A stretch of DNA of 61,928 bases from an uncultured Nitrososphaeraceae archaeon (GCA_963837175.1 CAWIMJ010000041.1:1-61928), one strand, 5' to 3'; shown: positions 10,787 through 21,078, numbered from the stretch's first letter. The notes: generated by a model not told the origin, from the letters alone. Program-made: numbers and translations.

Positions 10787-11100
10787 TCATTTTCACCACT
10801 TTACCTCTTATGATATATATTAACAAGCAGAGAACTTGTAAATAATCCTTCCTTTATTTAAAAAGCAACGAATCATTATCGACACTAAAGTGGGCTCTGT
10901 TAACTTAAACAATAATCGCCTCTCTGTTATGATAGTCTACAAAAAGATTGAACCAATTTCTCAAATGGATTAGTATACACTTCTCAGTTCTACATGGAAA
11001 AAAATAATCATCAAAATATTCAGTTCTATCCCTTTTTATGTATGTCCTTTTAATCTATTGGATTGTCTTCTTTAGATAATGCTTTTCTCTTATAGTTAGA

Positions 11101-11115
11101 GTAGTAGTAGTAGTA
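11101..11115. repeat. (GTA)5 microsatellite inside the dead IS
   Basis: gtagtagtagtagta, followed by further GTG/GTA triplet runs to about 11172. Confidence 0.9.
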
Positions 11116-11354
11116 GAGTGAAGCAGGGGTAGTGTGGTGGTGGTAGTAATTTACTTTGAGTAGTAATAGTAGCCTTCATATATGCATGTATAATAGATAC
11201 CAGGTACCATTACCACCATATCTGTTGAAAGAGTGTGTGTATGTTTGTTTTCCATAATCTTATCTTTTATCAATGAGTTTAGAAATTTCTCTACTACAAT
11301 AACAACAAACATATTTCTTTTTCTGCTGCCAAAAGATAAACATCAAGTATCAAT

Positions 11355-11380
11355 CTTTCTTTCTTTCTTTCTTTCTTTCT
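11355..11380. repeat. (CTTT)6 microsatellite inside the dead IS
   Basis: Six tandem CTTT units read directly. Confidence 0.9.
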
Positions 11381-11763
11381 GCTGTTGGTTCAATAACAGA
11401 TATCCAAATCCAAAAATACTTCTTATATCCAACTCTTATTTTTATGTTTCATTTGAATTGTAAATTCAGAAACTTTTCTTCTTTTATAGCTAATTCTTTT
11501 GGGTCGGTCTCTGTACCTTTGGACCTAAAGTTCCATATTGCAACATGACTCCTTTTTATGATTCTTGAAGATAATGCTTTAGATGATCTAAATGAAAGAA
11601 AGAAGACTAGAAAGTACAAGTACAATCAATAAGCAATATTTTCAAATTATGTCCTATTTCTTGCTTTAGATATCAGCAAGAGAAAGAAAGAATACAATGT
11701 ATTTAGCTATAGACTTTTTCCTAAGTTACGAGCCCCGAAAGTGTAATCTCTATCATCTTATGT

Positions 11764-13287
11764 TTAATTCTTGATACCCCTTCTACTCTTACCAAATATT
11801 CTATCAAAATAATCTGATTGCTCCTTAGTAAGCTCATTTGCTTCACCTTCTGCAACATTGGCAAGGTTCTTTGCAAGTTTTTTCTTATATTCTAATTGCA
11901 TCTGACGCGCAATTTGAATTCTTTGTGCTTGTGGTGAACCTGCACCATGCATTGACTCTGTCAGATATCCTACGGCATTTCTGCCTAGAGTCATGTTTTC
12001 TATTAATCGCAGTATTCTTACTCTGTTTTCAGTTGAAACACCTTTTCGTCCTTTTAAATATTTTTCGAGTAGTGGACCGGTTTCAAGACTTCTAAAGTCC
12101 TTTTCTGACGGCATAGTAACCATCAGCCCACCGGCAATATCCTGAGCAAGCCTGCTAATTTCATAGGGGAATTTTGTTACGTTATGTTTACATACATTGG
12201 CTAGCATATCATCATTTTGATAATTACCAGATGATGTTTCGTGTGCTTGATAAGAAGAAGCAATGCCTGCTGCAAATATTGTCTCATTCAAGTGAGTCAT
12301 CTCTACCAATTTGTCTTTTATGTGGGATGCATTTGCTACTCCATTGTAATCAGCGATTGCCGCAGCTGCTCCTATAAGGACGTCTCCAAGTCCTGTCTTG
12401 CATACATAACTTCTCCTATGATAACATGTAAATCTCTCAACTAGCATAGCCGCAAATTCATATTCGCCTTGCATGAATATCAAGTCATTTGGTATAAACA
12501 CGTTATCAAATATGATCATTGCTTCTTGTCCAGAAAATTTAGCATTTCCTGCATCGAGATCACCTTCCTCCATACTTCTCGTATCACAAGATTGTCTGCC
12601 ATAAATGTAAGTTATACCTTCAGCATCAGCGGGCACAGCGCCAACTATGGCATACTCACTGTCTGCTGACTGAAGTCTCATTGTAGGCATAACCAAAATC
12701 CAATGGGAGTTGATACATCCAGTTTGATGTGCTTTTGCACCCGATATATATATGCCCTTATCATCTCTTCTTGAGACGTGGACAAACATATCAGGATCTT
12801 CTTGTTGAGAAGGAGATAGACTACGATCGCCTTTTACATCAGTCATCGCACCTCCTATCATCAGGTTTTCCCATTGAATCAATTTTATAAATTCAATTAA
12901 ACGTTTGTGGTAAATGGTTCCATGTTTCGCATCTATTTCAAAGGTAGTAGAATATAGTGAATTGAGAGCATCCATCCCTACGCATCGCTGAAAACAGGTG
13001 CCAGTCAACTGTCCTAGCTTTCTTTGCATTTTATTCTGGTTAACTAAATCAGCAGTGCTCTCAGTAATATGCGAAAATCTATTTACTCTCATGCCAGTTA
13101 AAGATGACTGTGCAGATGCAATTTCTATTTCCTCATTGGCTATATCGTATGTTTCTGCTACTGCATTTATAGAAGGCCGAATCATCGGATGATCCACAGG
13201 ATCTTTCACCAGCTCACCGAATAAGTATACCTTCATTTTCCTACCCCTAAGACTTTCGATATACTCTGCCCCATTCTTAATAGGCAT
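11764..13287 (-). CDS. abfD: 4-hydroxybutyryl-CoA dehydratase (3HP/4HB carbon fixation cycle)
   Basis: Fe-S ligand motifs TGTCFQRCVGMDA and HRRSYVCK; AMTDVKGDRS, GAKAHQTG and ESMHGAGSPQAQR. Confidence 0.96.
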   Translation of the reverse strand: MPIKNGAEYIESLRGRKMKVYLFGELVKDPVDHPMIRPSINAVAETYDIANEEIEIASAQSSLTGMRVNRFSHITESTADLVNQNKMQRKLGQLTGTCFQRCVGMDALNSLYSTTFEIDAKHGTIYHKRLIEFIKLIQWENLMIGGAMTDVKGDRSLSPSQQEDPDMFVHVSRRDDKGIYISGAKAHQTGCINSHWILVMPTMRLQSADSEYAIVGAVPADAEGITYIYGRQSCDTRSMEEGDLDAGNAKFSGQEAMIIFDNVFIPNDLIFMQGEYEFAAMLVERFTCYHRRSYVCKTGLGDVLIGAAAAIADYNGVANASHIKDKLVEMTHLNETIFAAGIASSYQAHETSSGNYQNDDMLANVCKHNVTKFPYEISRLAQDIAGGLMVTMPSEKDFRSLETGPLLEKYLKGRKGVSTENRVRILRLIENMTLGRNAVGYLTESMHGAGSPQAQRIQIARQMQLEYKKKLAKNLANVAEGEANELTKEQSDYFDRIFGKSRRGIKN

Positions 13288-13377
13288 TATGATATATTTG
13301 TGCCTTCGACGTATTTATATCTTTTAGAAATTATTTAGTAATAGAATTTAATCAAAAAAGGATTGTTATAGTCCCTG

Positions 13378-13884
13378 TTACCGGATGTATGAAATACTGG
13401 CTTTATCAAAATTTTCTATAACTTCAAATTGATTATAAAAAGTGTGATTTGTTATATTCTTTAATTGTGGAAATATCCTAGATGGATCGTCCTTGGCCAT
13501 TAAAGTAGAGATATGCGATTCACCAAATATACTTCTGCAGAGGTCATATGTCATTTGGCGTACGGCATTTTCATCTGTTATACCGAAGGTGTGTAGATAT
13601 TCATGGACCAGTACCATGTAAAGATACGAATTATACTCCTCTGATGTTTTTGAAGACTGTTTAATTATACTTAGAACAAATTTGTTTAATACTATAATAT
13701 TTGATCCCAAAATATGATATGCTCCCAAATTGCTGGGCATAACCTGCAAAGTCAGACTTAATCCAGCTCTATGCAGGTCGAACTTCTTTAGTACATTAGA
13801 CTTTACCAGGTCGAACACTTCATTAAAGTCAACAGAGTTAGCAATTTTGATTTGATTGCGAATCCGCTCATCCATTGGCATCAA
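13378..13884 (-). CDS. Hypothetical zincin-like metalloprotein
   Basis: LGAYH and VLVHEYLHTFG (HExxH) with a downstream DE; co-oriented upstream of abfD. Confidence 0.7.
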   Translation of the reverse strand: MMPMDERIRNQIKIANSVDFNEVFDLVKSNVLKKFDLHRAGLSLTLQVMPSNLGAYHILGSNIIVLNKFVLSIIKQSSKTSEEYNSYLYMVLVHEYLHTFGITDENAVRQMTYDLCRSIFGESHISTLMAKDDPSRIFPQLKNITNHTFYNQFEVIENFDKASISYIR

Positions 13885-14077
13885 TATAAGTGATACTCAT
13901 CAAAGCATTATAAATGCATAGAACCATACTAGATGGGCATGTCCATTTCGATCGTTCAATGAATCAATTCATCATTTGGAAAAATCAGATCATTTGTTAT
14001 TATCCCATTACTATATGTTCAGCTGTTATAACAGTAAACTTTTTTACAGAAAGACTATGGCTACACCTGTATTGACT

Positions 14078-14608
14078 ATGAATCATATAGATTTATCTTC
14101 CTTGATCCGCAATTGTCCAGATTTTCCGCGTAAAGGCATCCTATTCAGGGATATTAATCCCCTTTTTCGCACTGAGCATGCATTGAATTATATTTCAAAC
14201 GAATTACATCGTAGATTCAATAATATTACAGTTGACAGTATAGCAGGTATAGAGTCCAGAGGTTTTGTTATAGCGACAGCCTTAGCATTAAACTTCAATA
14301 AAGGTTTAATAATGATCCGAAAGGCCGGTAAGCTACCAGGTGACACTATTAAGGAATCATATGATATCGAATATGGCAGTGCAGTAATGGAGCTACAAAA
14401 AGATGCAATAAAACCTCGACAGAATGTTCTGATAGCAGATGATTTGATTGCAACAGGAGGGTCAGCCATTACTGCTGCACATCTCATCGAAGAATTAGGA
14501 GGTAATGTCATAGGATTTGCATTCGTAATGGAACTGGCTCGCCTTAAGGGAGCTAATAAGTTAAGGACCCTAGGTTATAAAGTGCAATCATTAGTGGTGT
14601 ACGATTGA
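14078..14608 (+). CDS. apt: Adenine phosphoribosyltransferase (start probably 14057 or 14078)
   Basis: PDFPRKGILFRDI, ESRGF, RKAGKLPG, YDIEYG and DDLIATGGS motifs. Confidence 0.95.
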   Translation: MNHIDLSSLIRNCPDFPRKGILFRDINPLFRTEHALNYISNELHRRFNNITVDSIAGIESRGFVIATALALNFNKGLIMIRKAGKLPGDTIKESYDIEYGSAVMELQKDAIKPRQNVLIADDLIATGGSAITAAHLIEELGGNVIGFAFVMELARLKGANKLRTLGYKVQSLVVYD

Positions 14609-15411
14609 CATTTAATAAATATATTGCAGAGATTGGTCTTATAGGAGGTACAGGTATTTATGATTCAGGAATCCTTAATGATAAAAAAGAAATAAAATTC
14701 CATACCCCTTATGGCGAACCGTCAGATTCTATTACGATTGGTGAATTCTTTGGACGGAGCATTGCATTCATTCCTCGACATGGAAGAAACCATCGTATAC
14801 CTCCTCATAGAATAAATAATCGCGCTAATATTTGGGCTTTAAAAGAACTAGGAGTGACAAGAATTATCGCGCCTTCTGCAGTAGGAAGTTTGCAGAAGCA
14901 ATTCAAGCCGGGCGATATTGGTGTTCCTGATCAATTCATTGACTTTACAAAAAAAAGGCAATACACTTTTTATGATGGTGGACAGGTATGTCATATCTCT
15001 TCTTCCGATCCGTTCTGTACCGAATTAAAAAAGCTAACAATATGCAGCGCTAATAATTTGAACTATAAAATTCATGAACATCTTACCTATATTTGTATAG
15101 AAGGACCAAGATTCTCTACTAGGGCTGAATCTCATTTTTTTAGAGATGTAATGAAAGCACACATAATTGGCATGACTCTTGTGCCTGAATGTATATTGGC
15201 AAGAGAAGCCGAGATTTGTTATGTCTCCATTGCAACAATCACAGACTACGATGCTTGGACAGACTCTCCAGTAAGTTCTGATAAGATAATAGAAATATTG
15301 CAGAAGAATATCGAAAAGACTAAGAAATTGATCAGCCAACTGATCCCTACAATATCAGATAAAAGAACTCAATGTGGATGTGGAAAAGGACTTGAAGGAG
15401 CATTGTTATAA
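14605..15411 (+). CDS. mtnP: S-methyl-5'-thioadenosine phosphorylase
   Basis: IGGTG, TPYGEPS, RHG..H, EGPRFSTRAES, GMT and TDYD motifs; coupled to apt. Confidence 0.93.
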   Translation: MTFNKYIAEIGLIGGTGIYDSGILNDKKEIKFHTPYGEPSDSITIGEFFGRSIAFIPRHGRNHRIPPHRINNRANIWALKELGVTRIIAPSAVGSLQKQFKPGDIGVPDQFIDFTKKRQYTFYDGGQVCHISSSDPFCTELKKLTICSANNLNYKIHEHLTYICIEGPRFSTRAESHFFRDVMKAHIIGMTLVPECILAREAEICYVSIATITDYDAWTDSPVSSDKIIEILQKNIEKTKKLISQLIPTISDKRTQCGCGKGLEGALL

Positions 15412-15414
15412 TCT

Positions 15415-15717
15415 TCATTGATCGATTTTCAGGTCTTTGGGAAGTATCACATCACCTTCGATTAATTTGCGCTGTATTGCTAAATGCAATATATTAGGAT
15501 CTATCCCCATTTTACTTATTTTATTGAGCGTTTTTTTTGCAATATTAAGGGCGATGTTATGCCCACCGATCCTGCCGAATGCAACGGCAGTGAATCTAAA
15601 CTCATTATTATTGACACGAAAGTATCCGGTTAACTTGCTAGCAATATTACTCCCTCTAGCGCTTTTAACAAAAATTGTTATTGGAATATTTTCATCACTT
15701 CGTACCTCTCCCATCAT
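15415..15717 (-). CDS. Hypothetical protein
   Basis: 100-aa ORF whose start overlaps the upstream ORF stop; globular composition (FRFTAVAFGRIGGHN). Confidence 0.7.
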   Translation of the reverse strand: MMGEVRSDENIPITIFVKSARGSNIASKLTGYFRVNNNEFRFTAVAFGRIGGHNIALNIAKKTLNKISKMGIDPNILHLAIQRKLIEGDVILPKDLKIDQ

Positions 15718-16136
15718 TTTACATTTTCCTGCACAGTAATTTCTATGCTTCGGTTTACGTTACTCTCGACAAGAAAATTCCACCAATCAGCATCTCTTAT
15801 TCTGTATTCTTTCACATCAACTTCGACTGTTGTTTCGTCATCAACATTGACAAATTTGAAACTACCTTCTCTTATTATTTTTATCAATTTCCATTTATCT
15901 TTGCCAACTTGCTTCTTATTAATCGCAACTGCCCATTTTTTATCTTTATCAATCTTAGGCATACCTATATTATCTGCAATTTCTAAAATACCAAGTCTTT
16001 TTTCTTCGCAAAATAGTTCCTTAGTTATCACGCTTCGCCATATATCAATTGCTCCTACTGTTCTACCATTTTCATTAATGTTAATAACTCCTAAATAAAC
16101 AACCTTGTCTTCACTTACGGGCTCAGATGCGATCAT
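15714..16136 (-). CDS. Hypothetical protein
   Basis: 140-aa beta-rich ORF in a tight three-gene minus-strand run. Confidence 0.7.
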   Translation of the reverse strand: MIASEPVSEDKVVYLGVININENGRTVGAIDIWRSVITKELFCEEKRLGILEIADNIGMPKIDKDKKWAVAINKKQVGKDKWKLIKIIREGSFKFVNVDDETTVEVDVKEYRIRDADWWNFLVESNVNRSIEITVQENVK

Positions 16137-16163
16137 AATATTTGCATTATTTAGACAATCGCC

Positions 16164-16523
16164 TTATTTAGTTCTTGCATGATCGTAAGGCGGTTCTAGC
16201 AATTTCCCTATAGCGTCGATTTTCAAATTCTTTTTAAAAGCAATATTGTCTTCTTGACATCTCCTCTTATATCTATTGGTTATAGCGAACATTGGATGCA
16301 ATGCTTCGTATTCTGTTGCGGTAATGTCAATTATCATTCCATTAGAAATTAGAGATTCAGTTATTGTTTTGGCCTGTTGAACAGAACAGCCTAAGAGATC
16401 GGATATCTTTTTAGCATCCATTCTGCCATTTTCTACAATTGAATGAAATACCTTTGCTTCTTCTGCCGAGATTTTGAGTTCAGAAACCAGTTCTTCTTCA
16501 ATATTATCTATATTGACTGTCAA
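16164..16523 (-). CDS. TrmB-like winged-helix protein
   Basis: LKISAEEAKVFHSIVENG...ISDLLG...LISNGMI...YEALHP pattern of the TrmB N-terminal domain. Confidence 0.75.
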   Translation of the reverse strand: MTVNIDNIEEELVSELKISAEEAKVFHSIVENGRMDAKKISDLLGCSVQQAKTITESLISNGMIIDITATEYEALHPMFAITNRYKRRCQEDNIAFKKNLKIDAIGKLLEPPYDHARTK

Positions 16524-16740
16524 ACACTAAAGTTAGTGTCGATATCTTCAGTATTAAAAGAATACTCTTCGTTACTCGGCAACCAATCTTATCTTAGAAA
16601 TACTCTTGTGCTTGACTAACATTGATAGAACGCTCTTGAACTAATATGGTAATTTCGGACCTATTCTACTATCCATATATAGTTTTGCCTTTATCTCAGC
16701 ATAAAACTTATTGTTGTGTTATAACGCTCTAATATTGAAT

Positions 16741-17571
16741 ATGGCTACTGGTTTGGAAAATACAAATATTAAGGGATTTGTGAATGCTGAAAAAATTTTC
16801 TTTGAACTAGCGAGCCAACAGAGGTTGTCGATAATTTTCGGTCTATCCCAAATTAAATCGACGCTCTCTCAATTATCCAGGGATCTCGGAATAACTATGC
16901 AAGAAGTTCATAGAAATATTAACAGACTTCAAGACGCAGGTTTAATCGAGAAAGATCCCAGAGGTATTTTTTCGTTAACTACCTTTGGAAATACGATAAT
17001 CAAACAAATTCCTACTTTTGACTTTTTGTCCCTACATAAAGAGTATTTTTCTGAGCATACATTAGGGGAAATTCCAATGAAATTTGTACAGCGGATAGGC
17101 GCCCTTCATGACTCTGAATTGATAAGAGGCATAGTAGCAATTTTAGAATTATGGAAACAGATTTACAGAGAGTCTGAAAGTTACATATTGGAAATAATTC
17201 CTCAAGTGCCACTTGATCTTATAGAAGCTATACTAGTTAGAGTTAGAGATAAAGGAACAAGGCTACATTATATATATCCAGAAGACGTTATAATTCCAAA
17301 AGGAAGAAGCGCAATTCTGAGAACGTTAAGATTCGATGAACTTTACAGGACAGGAAGAATTGGAAGACGTATGGTAAATAAAGTTCAAGTTGCTGTGGTT
17401 CTCAACGAAAAAAAAGCATCAGTCCTATTTCCGACTCAGAAAGGTGAAACTGACATGAACATGATGTTCTACAGTGAAGATAAATTATTTCACGATTGGT
17501 GTCTTGATTATTTTTGGTTTAGATGGTATAGTTCAAATACATTTGAGGAAGATAAACTCAAAGAAATATAG
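16741..17571 (+). CDS. ArsR-type wHTH transcription regulator with C-terminal DUF1724-like domain
   Basis: FFELASQQRLSI...QEVHRNINRLQDAGLIEK...LTTFG; YFSEH; FHDWCLDYF. Confidence 0.8.
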   Translation: MATGLENTNIKGFVNAEKIFFELASQQRLSIIFGLSQIKSTLSQLSRDLGITMQEVHRNINRLQDAGLIEKDPRGIFSLTTFGNTIIKQIPTFDFLSLHKEYFSEHTLGEIPMKFVQRIGALHDSELIRGIVAILELWKQIYRESESYILEIIPQVPLDLIEAILVRVRDKGTRLHYIYPEDVIIPKGRSAILRTLRFDELYRTGRIGRRMVNKVQVAVVLNEKKASVLFPTQKGETDMNMMFYSEDKLFHDWCLDYFWFRWYSSNTFEEDKLKEI

Positions 17572-17586
17572 CATGGAAGAATAGAT

Positions 17587-18093
17587 TCATTTCAGCCAGT
17601 CAATGGGTATATCTTGATATATTCCATTAGGCAGGATACGCCTAATAGATATTGGCAATGCCTTCAAATCTAGTTCTGCAATTGCTAATGAAATAGAATC
17701 TCTTACATCATTTGGTATTCTAATTAAAGACGGAGCTCCCAAAGATAACTGCAGAGACCTCGCGCCTGTAATTCTTGCCCTTTCAAATCTTGTGAGGCGT
17801 AGTGGTCCAATTAGCACCCGATTATCTTCTGAAACAATTTCTCTTAATTCGAAATCAATTTCATTATATGTAACTACTTCGTCTTCTGGACGGAGAGATT
17901 TAAGAGATTCTACTACTTGGACCGTCGTGTGTTTGTTATCGTTAATGGATTCCTTTGTTTCTAATGGTTTCTTTATATTTTTACTTGGTAAATTCTTTTT
18001 TACCTTGGGATCTGCCTTCTTCATGCTTTTTTCTTTAAGGTTTAAAGGTTTTTTTGACTCAGATTTATGAGTTGAAGAATCTTTTAATACCAA
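17587..18093 (-). CDS. rpoK: DNA-directed RNA polymerase subunit Rpo6 (K) with Lys-rich N-terminal extension
   Basis: LTRFERARITGARSLQLSLGAP...LPISIRR. Confidence 0.95.
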   Translation of the reverse strand: MVLKDSSTHKSESKKPLNLKEKSMKKADPKVKKNLPSKNIKKPLETKESINDNKHTTVQVVESLKSLRPEDEVVTYNEIDFELREIVSEDNRVLIGPLRLTRFERARITGARSLQLSLGAPSLIRIPNDVRDSISLAIAELDLKALPISIRRILPNGIYQDIPIDWLK

Positions 18094-18204
18094 GAATACT
18101 GCAAAAGATAATAGATATACAAATAAATGTTGCGAATCTTATAAAGAAGACAATACCCAGAATTAGACGTTTTGATTATATACTCTTTTTAGTAATTCTA
18201 GAGA

Positions 18205-18594
18205 ATGGACAAGCTTCAGACAGCGGGCTCAGTTTCAAGGATTCCTGTAATTATACAATTATCGAATAAAGGAACGGCACCCAGTGAAATGATACGCCAT
18301 CTGTCTCCATTGTGTGTTAGAATGATTTTGAACTCTCTACCCCTTCAGGATAGAATTCACAAAATTTCAGAGTCAATAATATATATTGAAACTAGTCTTG
18401 TAATAGGAGCGGAGAAACAGAAAACCCACTTTAAACGTGGCGATATTGCATATATGACATCTAATAGTTCAATATGTATATTTACTAAAGATTCAGCTGT
18501 TACACCCATGAATCATATAGGAATAGTTAAATCTAATTTAGAACTTTTTGAGTCTGCTCAATCTGGTGACTACATGATTTTAAAAAAAATGTAG
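18205..18594 (+). CDS. Cyclophilin-like fold protein
   Basis: RHLSPL..ILNSLP, GAEK, GDIAY..SICIF and NHIGIV pattern of archaeal cyclophilin-like proteins. Confidence 0.7.
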   Translation: MDKLQTAGSVSRIPVIIQLSNKGTAPSEMIRHLSPLCVRMILNSLPLQDRIHKISESIIYIETSLVIGAEKQKTHFKRGDIAYMTSNSSICIFTKDSAVTPMNHIGIVKSNLELFESAQSGDYMILKKM

Positions 18595-18639
18595 AGAAGT
18601 TCACTAAATAATCAGTCTTAACAGATTCTTGCTTATGTG

Positions 18640-18972
18640 CTATTTAACGAGTTCATATACCCTATGTCCACTATAACCCCCTACATTCCTGACAAGGCCT
18701 TTGGATTCCGCCGATTTTATAAAACTATTAGCGACAGAAATTTTTACACCTGCAGATCGGGCAAATCCTTGTATCGTAATTGCTTTCATATTTTGAAGTA
18801 ATCTCGTTCCTTGAGAGTCTTCCACAAGTACTGATAATTTTTGTCTTTGCTGTTGTTTTGAACCCGTTTTCTTACTGTCTTCCTTTTTAGAAGCTTTTGG
18901 ATCGCCACCTTGAGCATTATCATTAACCTTATCTGTAGACCCAATGCTCCTTTGTTGTTTATTGCCACCCAT
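18640..18972 (-). CDS. rps25e: 30S ribosomal protein S25e
   Basis: MGG.K start; KAITIQGFARSAGVKISVA...GYSGHRVY. Confidence 0.88.
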   Translation of the reverse strand: MGGNKQQRSIGSTDKVNDNAQGGDPKASKKEDSKKTGSKQQQRQKLSVLVEDSQGTRLLQNMKAITIQGFARSAGVKISVANSFIKSAESKGLVRNVGGYSGHRVYELVK

Positions 18973-19296
18973 TCCTATCTAAATCTTCTGCTTGTTTCTA
19001 TTTTATAAATTATTGGACAATCCAGATGCTGTATTTCTCTATTGTTCAAATGCATGAATGCGAAGACATTACATTATCATCAAATTACAAATCCGCAATC
19101 CGCATACCTATAATAAAAATTGTATGAGATAATATATTATGCTTTTACGTGTGTTCTTAGATACTTTCAAGCATTAAAACTATTCTATTATAATTTTAGT
19201 CATTTAAATCACTTGATTTAGATGTTTTTGCTGCAATTTTTGATACTTCGTGTGTGTGTTTTATGTAGTAGCGGTCTGATAAAATTTAAAGCATAA

Positions 19297-21078
19297 TTGA
19301 TCTTAATTCAGATATTGGATTTTATTTTAATTGCAGAAACATTTGAAAAGATGGAAAAAACTGCAAGCAGACTTGCGCTCACCGATTACCTAGTCTCTTT
19401 GTTGAAATTAACTCCTATTGATGTAATTGACAAAGTTGTTTATCTTATTCAAGGAAAACTCTATCCAGATTATGAAGGTATAGAATTGGGCTTGGCTGAG
19501 AAGATGGCAATTCGAGCACTTGCATATTCTGCTGGCGTAGAAGTCTCCATTATAGAGGAAAATTATCGCAGAACTGGAGACTTAGGAGATACCGCAGAAG
19601 AAGTTATGAAAGCCAAAAGTCAAACTACGCTATTTAGTGAAAAAATGACAGTTGAGAGAGTTTATTACACTTTTGACAAAATTGCTCGTACGTCGGGATC
19701 AGGTTCTCAGGAAGTTAAGCTGAGACTTGTCAGTAACCTCCTAAATGATGCCAGTTATCGTGAAGCCAAATATATTATGAAATTCATCATGGGAACTCTA
19801 CGATTGGGGATAGCTGATCATACGATAATGGATTCTTTAGCATTAGCCTTTACAGGAAATAGAATTAATAGGCATGTTTTAGAACAAGCTTACAATGTAT
19901 CAAGCGATCTAGGAGAAGTCGCCAAACTCTTAGTAACAAAAAGCCTTGAAAGTCTAAAATCTTTGCAAATTACTTTGTTCAAACCTGTCAGGCCAATGTT
20001 GAGTGAACGTGTACGTAGTTCAGAAGAAGCTATGGAAAAAATTAGCGGTAGTGCTGCAGCTGAATATAAATTAGATGGAGAAAGAATACAAATACATAAA
20101 GGCAAAGGAAAAGTTGAGTTATTTTCTAGAAGACTAGAAAAAGTCACAGACCATTATCCCGATATCACAGGGGCTATAGGCTCCATTATAGCAAACGAAG
20201 CGATTCTTGAAGCAGAAGTTGTGGCGATTAATCCGCTAACTGGAGAATATCTTCCTTTTCAGGAGTTGATGCATCGACGCAGAAAATATGAGATAAAACA
20301 AGCAGTAGAGAACTATCCTGTGAGCCTGAATTTCTTTGATATACTATATATTGATGGACAAGACACAACATCTTTACCCTACTCTAAACGACGAAAAATA
20401 ATTGAGAACTTATTACAGAATGTTAAAAAGGATGATAAAATCAGGATTGTTCCCCAAACTATTGTAAAAAAAACTACTGAAATTGAAAGATTTATGGCGT
20501 TAGCCATAGAAAATGGATGTGAAGGCTTGATGTTAAAGCAACTTTCAAGCACATATCGAGCAGGAGCCAGAGAATTTGCATGGATAAAGTTAAAACGCGA
20601 GTATCGTAGCGATATGGCCGATACAGCTGATCTTGTCATAGTAGGAGGCCTGTTTGGTAGAGGACGTAGAGTTGGAAAATATGGCGCTCTTTTACTTGCC
20701 TCATTTGATTCTAATTCAGATAAATTCAAGAGTGTATGCAAAGTTGGAACTGGCTTTACAGATGAACAGCTTAGACAGTTTTATGAGAATCTGGAAGGTC
20801 ATATAATATCCCACAGACATCCGCGAGTAGATAGTGGAATGGAAATGGATGTATGGTTTGAACCTAAAGTAGTAATTGATGTAATTGCCTCGGAAATAAC
20901 ATTAAGTCCTTCTCATACTGCTGCATTGGATAGGATAAGAAAAGGTTATGGATTAGCTCTACGATTTCCTAAGTTTACTGGAAAAATAAGGTACGATAAG
21001 AATCCTGAAGATGCAACTAATGTAGAAGAATTAATCTCAATGTATAAAGCACAAATGAAAAGAATAAAGAAAGAATAA
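19297..21078 (+). CDS. lig: ATP-dependent DNA ligase
   Basis: Motif I EYKLDGERIQIH; EGLMLK; WIKLKREY; CKVGTG; LRFPKF. Confidence 0.97.
   Translation: MILIQILDFILIAETFEKMEKTASRLALTDYLVSLLKLTPIDVIDKVVYLIQGKLYPDYEGIELGLAEKMAIRALAYSAGVEVSIIEENYRRTGDLGDTAEEVMKAKSQTTLFSEKMTVERVYYTFDKIARTSGSGSQEVKLRLVSNLLNDASYREAKYIMKFIMGTLRLGIADHTIMDSLALAFTGNRINRHVLEQAYNVSSDLGEVAKLLVTKSLESLKSLQITLFKPVRPMLSERVRSSEEAMEKISGSAAAEYKLDGERIQIHKGKGKVELFSRRLEKVTDHYPDITGAIGSIIANEAILEAEVVAINPLTGEYLPFQELMHRRRKYEIKQAVENYPVSLNFFDILYIDGQDTTSLPYSKRRKIIENLLQNVKKDDKIRIVPQTIVKKTTEIERFMALAIENGCEGLMLKQLSSTYRAGAREFAWIKLKREYRSDMADTADLVIVGGLFGRGRRVGKYGALLLASFDSNSDKFKSVCKVGTGFTDEQLRQFYENLEGHIISHRHPRVDSGMEMDVWFEPKVVIDVIASEITLSPSHTAALDRIRKGYGLALRFPKFTGKIRYDKNPEDATNVEELISMYKAQMKRIKKE

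Larger units (their letters stand above)
10893..11735 (-). mobile_element. Degenerate IS6-family-like insertion sequence with transposase pseudogene
   Basis: Minus-strand fragments in order: RNRT..LYLYF..RSHVAIWN, NET.KIRVG..FWIWISVIEP, KRNMFVV..EKFL, STD/GG.GTWY, DRTEYFDDYF.PCR..NWFNLFVDYHN. Imperfect terminal IRs GGCTCTGTTAACTTA and GGCTCGTAACTTA. Near-identical 8-bp flanks CTAAAGTG / CGAAAGTG. Confidence 0.85.

Noticed and set aside
11233-11463. 76-aa Phe/Ser-rich ORF
   Set aside because: Antisense to the dead transposase; its composition comes from the CTTT repeat
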